From assembly GCF_006345805.1 (NCBI RefSeq), contig NW_021829279.1, forward strand, positions 1 through 6,722: a stretch of 6,722 nt of DNA, written 5' to 3'. Origin of the DNA: Octopus sinensis (lineage: Eukaryota). A program made the position numbers and the translations under genes. The notes below the pieces were generated by a model, which did not search any database, was not told where the DNA came from, and saw only the letters and a list, made by a program, of their open reading frames with translations. This document shows, piece by piece, positions 1 to 6,700 of the stretch (position 1 is its first letter; every line of letters starts with the position of its first letter).

Positions 1-15
1 GATATATATATATAT

Positions 16-149
16 ACCGGAGTAAACACATAAAGTGAAACAAGGTGGAAAAACAAGTACTCAAATACCAGTGGTAGAGTAATATGCTTTATTTTAAAGC
101 AGCAGAAAATTCAACAATTTTGTTGAATTTTCTGCTGCTTTAAATAAAG

Positions 150-154
<5 letters not shown>
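16..154 (-). mobile_element. Short repeat relic with partial inverted duplication, inserted in (TA)n; probable PLE pseudo-LTR tail
   Basis: Complex sequence flanked by (TA)n on both sides. On the minus strand it contains AATAAA and runs into (TA)n. Bases 93-117 are exactly inverted at 120-144. The family assignment is inferred from this architecture. Confidence 0.5.
82..154. repeat. Near-perfect palindrome/hairpin
   Basis: TTTAAAGCAGCAGAAAATTCAACAA (93-117) and TTGTTGAATTTTCTGCTGCTTTAAA (120-144) form 25 perfect bp with a 2-nt spacer. The pairing extends to 82/154 with one indel and one mismatch. Confidence 0.95.
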
Positions 155-194
<40 letters not shown>

Positions 195-220
195 TGTGTG
201 TGTGTGTGTGTGTGGTGTGT
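150..220. repeat. Compound microsatellite (TA)n(TG)n
   Basis: Directly visible. Confidence 0.97.
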
Positions 221-326
221 TATGAGAATTTATGAGTCTAGTTGTATATAAACTCGTGACTTTGAAGTTCAATCTCAACTCATGGTAAGTCATAACACCC
301 GGGCAACGCTGGGATGCATTGCTAGT
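221..326 (+). mobile_element. Non-autonomous Helitron 3' fragment
   Basis: GC-rich hairpin CCCGGGC-AAC-GCTGGG (298-313), an 8-nt spacer, then CTAG (322-325) followed by T. This is the canonical Helitron 3' terminus. No A|TC 5' end was identified. Confidence 0.7.
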
Positions 327-480
327 GTGTGTGTGTATATATAATATATATATATATATTTTTATATATATATATATATAATATATACTTAAATGTTTGC
401 GTATATCTATATGCATACATTATATACATGCATATATATATGCATGCGTGTACATGTATACACATACATTTATACAGATA
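326..480. repeat. (TG)n/(TA)n microsatellite decaying into RY low-complexity sequence
   Basis: Directly visible. Confidence 0.9.
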
Positions 481-952
481 TATTAATAATAGATTCGTAA
501 AGTAATAAATAGCGACAAATTTTGTCAACGAAAAGACCCAAGACTTGAGAATAAAGATTAAATTATTTAACACATATAAATTTTGACTGCGATTTCAAGT
601 ATCGCATCAGATGAGACTTATTGAAGCTGTAAGTTTGTATATAATTATAATTGAATGTTTCTATAAAAGGTACAGTAACCGGCAAACATCCGTTTCTGTG
701 ACAAGAGTTCAATAATTTTTGCTTCTATCAGATTCTGGAGGAAAATTAATTTTCACTTTTTGTTATTCAGAAGAACTTTATATATCTGTAGTGACTGGAT
801 AAAAGATTCTATAAATAGCTGTTCGTTGATTATATATAAATATAGAGTTCGTTGACTTTTTGGGTGTATGATGACTTCTCAAGATTACAAAGCGACGTGA
901 TGCACCTTTAAATTTCAAGTCTAAGTTTTATGTAGCTAAATTTTGTAAATAC

Positions 953-999
953 ATGTGTGTTTGTGATTTGTGTGTATGCTTCTGGGCACACACATACAT

Positions 1000-1086
<87 letters not shown>

Positions 1087-1112
1087 CTATGTATATATAG
1101 ATATATATATGT
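953..1112. repeat. Compound microsatellite with long (TA)n core
   Basis: Degenerate TG, then CA, then (TA)n at ~1007-1082. Confidence 0.95.
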
Positions 1113-1149
1113 AACAAAATTTTTCTATCACGATCGCTTGAGTGATCTT

Positions 1150-1237
1150 ACACACACACGTATATATATAAGAATGTATGTGTGTATGTATGTATGTATG
1201 TATTTATGTATGTATGTATATAGATAGATAGATATAG

Positions 1238-1287
<50 letters not shown>

Positions 1288-1370
1288 CATATGTGTCTGT
1301 GTGTTGGTATGTAGGCGTGTGTATCTGTCTCTGTGTGTCTGTGTGTATGCATGCATATGCGTGAGTGTGT
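1150..1370. repeat. Compound microsatellite (CA)(TA)(TATG)(TAGA)(TA)(TG)
   Basis: Directly visible. Confidence 0.95.
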
Positions 1371-1611
1371 ATTTACAAGTTTTTACATAAAATACTTGAT
1401 ACAGTCACAATGTTTGAAGAATGATATTGTTGAATGTTATAAAGGTTTTTTTTGTTTTTTGTTTTTTGTAAAACCATTTTCTGGAAGCTGTGTTTAAAAA
1501 CGTTTTCCTATCATCATTATTGTGTATGAGTGCTTTCATTGTTCAACTTTTCAAACACCTGTGTTACAGGCAAACGGGTAGAGCGGAAATTCGTTTTAAT
1601 AAAAGTGCTGG

Positions 1612-2090
1612 TTATTTCCGGTTTAGTTTCGCATTTGCAATTCTTACAACCTGTTCATCTTTTGCCTTTTGTAGTTGATACTTTTCGTGCTTTAATCTGT
1701 AAAAAGCGAATATTCTGAATTTCCCCAGTGAATGTTTTGTACAAATGTCTAGATATTTACAACATGGAAAATCTCAAAGAGATGAATCTTTTAATTGTTG
1801 TTTGTGCAAACTCACACGATTGGTTAGTTTTGTTCTGTTCTCCGAGGTAAATCTCGTTGCATTGTAGCCATGTGATGCAGTGGATAAGATCTTTGCTTTG
1901 CAATTCTCGGTTGCATTCACCTTCAATTCTTTCCCGTTCTTTAACCGTTTGGTTCTACCCTATTCAATTAATTCACCCGTTCCACAACAAAGTTCTTCAC
2001 AGCTTGATACCAGCATTATTTTTTTCTCCGAAGTGAATCTACCATTATTAAGAGTCCTTTGAGATTTGGCGGTTGTCTTCGGCTGTCGAT
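1612..2090 (-). mobile_element. Penelope-like retrotransposon relic A: linker, Cys motif and C-terminal GIY-YIG endonuclease (pseudogenised, Neptune-like)
   Basis: Manual minus-strand translation across frameshifts (~2045, ~1895, ~1835): IDSRRQPPNLKGLL / GRFTSEKKIMLVSSCEELCCGTGELIE*GRTKRLKNGKELKVNATENCK / KDLIHCITWLQCNEIYLGE / TKLTNRVSLHKQQLKDSSL*DFPCCKYLDICTKHSLGKFRIFAFYRLKHEKYQLQKAKDEQVVRIANAKLNRK*. This matches the PLE pattern RxPxNL..C-x-RCxxC..CxxxNLIYxIxCxxC..YIGET..LxxRxxxH..E..I....PxLN. Confidence 0.88.
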
Positions 2091-2862
2091 TCCAACATTA
2101 ATGAAGACGATTTATCCATTTTTGCATTTAACGTTTAATCTTGTTTTTATACCAATAAACTATGCACTTATTTTCATTTAAAGAATGAATAGATTTGAGT
2201 GGGGGAACTCTGTATTTGTAGCAACAGAAAACTCTGTGATATGATGAAACAGAATTTTAATAAATCTTCATATGCATGGTGAACAGCAAGAATCAAACCA
2301 ATAGCATGTATATATAGGGGGAAAGTAAGAAGAAAATAAGCGAAAATGCATATTGGAAATACAAAAAGTAAAAGCATTTTATGAAAAGTAACGATAGATA
2401 TATACAATTAGATGAACTGAGGTAGGAATAAAAGTAATAAAAGTCATTATTGGGAATTGCTAAAGAGATTTAAAATCATACCGGTTTCGTAAATTTACTA
2501 ATCATTTCAATTAATACCACTAGCCCCCATACATCCTATACACCTCCTATTCACATTACAGATCTATATCTACCCTAATTGCACCAAATCTCGAACTACT
2601 TACTTCCCTTACACATAATCTTTTTACTCAGGGACTAGTAGACCTGACACCGTTCATTAATCGGTGTGCATTCAAAGCAATGATTAGCCTTAGACATTCA
2701 GACATTGCATGTTTTTCTCGAGACTACCATATTTTGACGATAAAAACACAGCCATTATCCGTCAAGCGAGTCTTAAAGAGGGAATAAACATACAGATTGT
2801 ACATTCTGCTCTCTTCATCAGCAAATTTTTGTTAGCTAACTGTTCAACAAACAAACAAAAAA

Positions 2863-3183
2863 GACAATACGTTCACTCTGGTAAATTATCTCATTGACAA
2901 AATGGATAAGTGCTCTAGAGACCATGTAATATAGCAAATAGTCTGCAATAAGTATGGCGGTTGCTACATCGGAGGGAGCATCCTAAGACTGCCACATGGA
3001 ATTTGTGCAGACTAAACGCGTCAATTACAAAAAAGAAAGCAGGAGAAATAACTCATTAAAGACTTCACAGTCACCATGAAAATAAAAGAACGGGATACTG
3101 GTAAGCTAAGGATCATAGGGGCCATTATCATTGACAAACTGATCCCATCCGATAACAATGCGCAGGAAACAGACTGGTTATGA
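2863..3183 (+). pseudogene. GIY-YIG endonuclease domain of PLE relic B
   Basis: DNTFTLVNYLIDKMDKCSRDHVI*QIVCNKYGGCYIGGSILRLPHGICAD*TRQLQKRKQEK*LIKDFTVTMKIKERDTGKLRIIGAIIIDKLIPSDNNAQETDWL*. VI(Y)xIxCxx(C)xxxYIG and KLRII(E)AIII..P..N motifs are present. Premature stops lie at 2932, 3013 and 3049. Confidence 0.85.
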
Positions 3184-3228
3184 TAACAATAGCAGTCTAC
3201 AGATGACGCATCACCCATTTCCAGACGT

Positions 3229-3297
3229 CTGAGGAAAAGTTAGCAGCGTGACAACGCCTATTTTCTTTTATTAAAAGCGACTTAACATGGAAATATC
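3229..3297 (+). ncRNA. Degenerate hammerhead ribozyme candidate in tail of PLE relic B
   Basis: CTGAGGA (3229-3235) ... GAAA-TA-TC (3290-3297), with partial stem II pairing (AAGTTAGC with GCGACTT; CTTTT-ATT-AAAAG). It sits at the expected position between the ORF stop and AATAAA. Stem I is not convincing. Confidence 0.4.
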
Positions 3298-3397
3298 GAA
3301 ATATGAAATAAAGTGTAAACTGTTGTTTGTCTTCTTTCAGTTTCAACTTCTTTATTTCAAACTGGTATTGCATTCGCTTTCAAATAATTTCAACTAG

Positions 3398-3442
3398 AAC
3401 ACGCACGCACAGACACACAGACACACATACACACACACACAC
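3398..3442. repeat. (CA)n microsatellite
   Basis: Directly visible. Confidence 0.95.
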
Positions 3443-3939
3443 GTGCTCTTTTCTCGTCAGCTATAATAAAAAATCTTCATAATTTCACGCCTTTAACGAT
3501 AATATTGTCCATTTTTAGTGAGGCGAACTGTGCAAAGTTGCTGGGAATAACGAGTGAACTTTGAGGACAGTAACGAAAGAAATACGACACATAAATGTGA
3601 ATATTAAAATAAAATAAAGAAACTATAAAAATATAATATAGGCTGTGAAATTCAAGACAAACAAAAATATAGTAACGCAATGGAGGATGTCCTAAAGGAC
3701 TAGAAAGTGGACAGAAGGAAGGAGAAAAAAACGAAAAGTGTAAAAACGAACGTGGTGAAAAAAAAACGTGTTGAAAGCAGAGAAGCGGGGGGAGATGCGT
3801 GACTAAAGGAGTTGAGAGTCAATCGGAAGATGAAGTCGGACAGAGACATGCGAATTGTCGTATGTCACGTGGTAATGGAAGGAGAGACAAAAGTGGTGGA
3901 AGTCAGTGAATGACAAAGAAACTGAGAGGTAAATTGGTG

Positions 3940-4012
3940 AAAGAATAAGGAAGAGAAAAGAGAAAGAAAGTAAGAGACAGTGAGAGAGAGACAGTGAGAG
4001 AGAAAGAGAGGG
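3940..4012. repeat. GA-rich low-complexity tract
   Basis: (AG)n with a duplicated GAGACAGTGAGAGAGA unit. Confidence 0.85.
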
Positions 4013-4238
4013 GCGTCTCACGAAAATTTACTGCCGAATACGCGGAAATAAGATGGGTGCGTAGCGTTACATTGAATTAATAAGGTTTCGACTTGGAGTT
4101 TTCGGCTAGCTAAGCTATCGTCGAACTGCCAAAACTTCGAAGTCACCGTCATTATTCTTGTTTGAGAATGATAAATTGAGGAATTTGTGTTGCAAGATTC
4201 CTGATGTGAAATCGTGTGTTGAAACATATATTGTTGAA

Positions 4239-4486
4239 TTTCGGGGTGGTCATTTATTCTTCCTTGCCAAATAAACAAACGCACCATATATCCCTTCTTC
4301 ATTCGCTTGCTATTGTTTTTATTCTATCTTACGTCCATTGTCTGAAAATCGTTCTGTGACCGCTTCCCAAATAAACACAAGCGCAGACAATGGACGTAAG
4401 ATAATATAAGAACAATAACAAACGAGTGAAGAACGAGTATATAGTGCGTGTGTCTATTTGGCAAGAAAAAAATGCCCATTCCGAAA
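4239..4486. repeat. Imperfect inverted repeat, ~105-bp arms, 39-bp spacer
   Basis: TATCTTACGTCCATTGTCTG (4325-4344) is the exact reverse complement of 4384-4403. Outer blocks CTTGCCAAATA/TATTTGGCAAG and TTTCGG/CCGAAA also pair. Confidence 0.93.
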
Positions 4487-4554
4487 GATGACATTAATAA
4501 ATTTGTACCCTAGTATAGAATAGCCATCATATTATTATGAATCAACATAAAAAC

Positions 4555-4602
4555 AGATATAGATGGATAGACAGACAGACAGACAGATATATATATATTA
4601 AT

Positions 4603-4686
<84 letters not shown>

Positions 4687-4712
4687 GTAGATAGATAGAT
4701 AGATAGATAGAT
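4555..4712. repeat. Compound microsatellite (GACA)n(TA)n(GATA)n
   Basis: Directly visible. Confidence 0.97.
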
Positions 4713-4714
4713 AT

Positions 4715-4900
4715 GTACAGGGAAGGTTGAAAGTTTAATAAGATAACTTTGCAACCACGTGATTTCGGATTCAGTCCGACTGTATCACACCTTGGGACAG
4801 CTGTATTCTGCATCAAACCTGAATCCATTAATACCCAAACAGAAACTGTACGGAAACTCATCATGTATATGTTTGCGTGCGCATATGTATATGTGTGTGA
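4715..4900 (+). mobile_element. Old, diverged tRNA-derived SINE (Octopus-type)
   Basis: tRNA-like head TTTGCAACCACGTGATTTCGGATTCAGTCC with a B-box-like GGATTCAGTCC (4767-4777), then CACCTTGGG and CAGAAACTG followed by an internal TA/TG tract. The motif order matches a recalled Octopus SINE family. Confidence 0.65.
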
Positions 4901-5234
4901 ATATGTATTCGACGTACTTGGCTGAAATTGCATGCTGTCACTTTTTTTTAAGTTTCGCTTTTTCACACTCGTTCGGAAATCGGCCTCGTGTGTCATACGA
5001 ACGTGTTCCTTTGTCCAATTAGTTAGATCTCCATTTAACCGTTAATTTCCTAAAGAAGCAAACAAAGCAACAACGACAACAATAAATCGTTGACCCAAAT
5101 CAGATGCTGTTCATCAAATGCACGAACTGTAGTCCTTGTCACATCTTGAGCGAAGTGTTGACAGCGTGTCAACAACGTTAGACCAATGGTGGTAATGTGT
5201 TTAAACAACACAGAATAAATATATAATTACTTAC

Positions 5235-5265
5235 AAACGGATCTTCGTGTGTAGGAAAGATTTAT
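5235..5265 (-). other. Candidate 31-nt exon of an unidentified host gene
   Basis: Minus strand: a long T-rich tract ...TTTGTTTGTTTAG|ATAAATCTTTCCTACACACGAAGATCCGTTT|GTAAGT. Two frames are open (INLSYTRRSV or KSFLHTKIR). Confidence 0.25.
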
Positions 5266-5624
5266 CTAAACAAACAAAGCCAAAACAAACACTAAAATAA
5301 AAGAGTAACTACATTTAAGTAAACCAAAAACAAACGAAAATGAAAAAAATAAATGCTTGAAGGAAACTGTAGGAATAATAAAAAAGAAAAAAAATCGTCT
5401 CAGTTTGAACGAATATTCCGGTGGCCTTGATGGTTGTCTGCCCTTGCCTCTAATAGGTAAATAATGAAGTGGTGAAGAAAGAAACTATTGTATCAACTCC
5501 TGCAAGGAAATTTAGCTTCGTTAACACTCCAGAGTCTACAAGAATAAACCTTCGTTTATTTAGATATAAAGAAAAGAAAAAGCGAAACGTTGCGTCTATT
5601 TGATGTTGACTAATGACAATGTAT

Positions 5625-5730
5625 TTGTGTGCGCACGCATGTGTGTGTGAGCGTGCGCGTGTATGTATACACACATTATATATATATATATATAACTTTA
5701 TATATTATACATACATACATACATACATAC
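5625..5730. repeat. Compound microsatellite (TG/CG)(TA)(TACA)
   Basis: Directly visible. Confidence 0.93.
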
Positions 5731-5853
5731 AGAATGAGACGGTGATAGAGAGACCGAGAGAAATAGATATAGATAAAAATATGAATATATACATACGAAT
5801 ATATATTTATGTAATTACATATTTAAACACTGATATATCTACATACATATGAA

Positions 5854-5915
5854 TCTCTCTCTCTCCTTCTCTCTCCCTCTCTCTCTCTCTCTCTATGTAT
5901 CTATCTTTCTATATA
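5854..5915. repeat. (TC)n microsatellite
   Basis: Directly visible. Confidence 0.95.
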
Positions 5916-6025
5916 TGTGCCTAACTTGCTTGCCATTACATTCACTCACCTACCGGCTCAAGTTCAAATCACTTCAGCACTCCGAAGTGTATTCTATGTA
6001 GAGAACAGCAGTCTCTAACCAATAT

Positions 6026-6098
6026 TTATGTATGTGTATGTGTATGCATTTTTATATATGATGTATACATCTACATACACATATATATACATACACAC
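6026..6098. repeat. Degenerate TG/TA/CA microsatellite
   Basis: Directly visible. Confidence 0.85.
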
Positions 6099-6145
6099 GT
6101 AAATTAAGAAATGAGTTAAACGCAGGTGTTATTCAAATCTTTATA

Positions 6146-6243
6146 CTTCCAACATATGTTTCGAAGAAAACATTGGTATTATTGCCGAGGGATTAAAATG
6201 ATGCAAAACAATCTAACCAATGTAATCATCTCATCAGGGGAAA
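6146..6243 (-). ncRNA. Minimal type-I hammerhead ribozyme, catalytic core intact
   Basis: Minus strand: TTTCCC-CTGATGA (6237-6231), 68-nt stem II (ACATTGGT/ACCAATGT, G-C closing pair), GAAAC (6162-6158), ATAT, GTT, GGAAG. Stem III/loop 3 is the palindrome AACATATGTT. Confidence 0.7.
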
Positions 6244-6333
6244 AAAGAAACAAAACACATCAATAAGCCATTTTTACTGAATCGTTTTAACCGAATTGGT
6301 TAAAATGGCTTATTGGGGTGTTTTGATCCTCTT

Positions 6334-6429
6334 TTTCCCCTGACGAGATGATTACATTGGTTACATTGTTTTGCATCATTTTATTCCCTCAAGAATAATA
6401 CCAATGCTTTCTTCAAAACATGTCGCAAG
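6334..6429 (+). ncRNA. Minimal type-I hammerhead ribozyme, mutated copy
   Basis: TTTCCC-CTGACGA (6340-6346), stem II (CATTGGT/ACCAATG), AAAAC (6415-6419; GAAA mutated to AAAA), AT, GTC (6422-6424), GCAAG. Confidence 0.6.
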
Positions 6430-6481
6430 TATAAATAATACCTGTGTTTAACTCCATTTCTTAATTTATCTAGGTATGAAT

Positions 6482-6700
6482 GCGGCACGCTGGTAGAAAA
6501 TTTAGCACGCAGGACGAAATTCTTAGCAGTATTTCGTCTGTCTTTACGTTCTGAGTTCAAATTCCGCCGAAGTCGACTTTGCATTTCATCCTTTCGGGGT
6601 CGATAAATTAAGTACCAGTTGCATATTGGGGTCTAGCTAATCGACTTCCTCCCCACCGCCCAAAAAATTTCGGGATGGTTTTATATTTACAGATTTTTAT
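6482..6700 (+). mobile_element. tRNA-derived SINE (Octopus-type), near full length
   Basis: A-box-like TGGTAGAAAATT (6491), internal hairpin GACGAAAT/ATTTCGTC (6513-6538), B-box-like GAGTTCAAATTCC (6553-6565), conserved SINE central domain TTTCATCCTTTCGGGGTCGATAAATTAAGTACCAG, a C-rich stretch and an AT-rich tail. Confidence 0.88.

Larger units (their letters stand above)
2655..3395 (+). mobile_element. Penelope-like retrotransposon relic B: end of RT thumb, linker, GIY-YIG endonuclease and 3' tail (5'-truncated, decayed)
   Basis: QSND*P (2673, an NDYP/NGYP-like motif) is in frame with RLPYFDDKNTAIIRQASLKEGINIQIVH (supplied ORF 2709-2897). After one frameshift, a single frame from 2863 to 3183 carries the endonuclease. 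It is followed by a hammerhead-like core and AATAAA (3307-3312), and the element ends against (CA)n. Boundaries are approximate. Confidence 0.85.
3445..4490. mobile_element. Probable ~1-kb non-autonomous interspersed repeat of unknown class
   Basis: Purine-skewed segment (3570-4012), a CpG-rich segment (4014-4150) that is atypical of the flanks, and a terminal foldback. It resembles an abundant Octopus repeat from memory only. No coding motifs were found. Confidence 0.4.
6100..6468. mobile_element. Foldback element: two inverted PLE-type pseudo-LTRs (arms 6100-6274 and 6302-6468)
   Basis: Termini TAAATTAAGAAATG / CATTTCTTAATTTA. Perfect blocks are 6195-6212 vs 6365-6382, 6214-6232 vs 6345-6363 and 6261-6274 vs 6302-6315. 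The spacer is 27 nt. Each arm carries a hammerhead core. Confidence 0.85.

Noticed and set aside
685-731. Minus-strand CTGATAGA...GAAACGGATGTT, a hammerhead-like pair
   Set aside because: The core has an extra base and there is no convincing stem I or II.
810-856. Short tandem duplication TATAAATA..GTTCGTTGA (two copies), TATA-like
   Set aside because: Only two imperfect units in AT-rich DNA, with no associated gene. It is not a CRISPR array or a supportable promoter.
111-1352. Supplied ORFs rich in YIYI/HTHT (111-416, 322-573, 908-1117, 1128-1352)
   Set aside because: They are translations of TA/CA microsatellites with no coding signal.
1774-1776. In-frame TGA in relic A as a possible selenocysteine codon (known in Naiad PLEs)
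   Set aside because: The position aligns better with a CGA>TGA Arg decay than with a Cys, the endonuclease is C-terminal (not Naiad-type), and the frame is otherwise broken.
1490-2062. Plus-strand ORFs 1490-1678, 1530-1718 and 1880-2062
   Set aside because: They are short antisense shadows of the minus-strand PLE relic.
2174-2407. Hydrophobic 77-aa ORF resembling a membrane protein
   Set aside because: The F/L/I bias follows from a T-rich strand. There is no motif and no continuity with the adjacent PLE frame.
3021-3218. Minus-strand ORF, 65 aa
   Set aside because: It is antisense to the plus-strand GIY-YIG frame.
4195-4241. Hammerhead-like AGATTC-CTGATGT...GAAAC-ATATATT-GTT-GAATTT
   Set aside because: Stem I and stem III pair, but the core reads CTGATGT instead of CTGANGA and stem II does not form. 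It is probably chance.
4542-5022. ORFs 4542-4754, 4604-4996 and 4759-5022
   Set aside because: They span a GATA/TA microsatellite and a SINE relic, with no protein similarity recognisable.
5156-5174. Hairpin TGTTGACA-GCG-TGTCAACA
   Set aside because: An 8-bp stem is expected by chance at this scale, and there is no context for a terminator or binding site.
6491-6565. tRNA gene
   Set aside because: A/B boxes are present but there is no cloverleaf, and the sequence continues into a SINE body.
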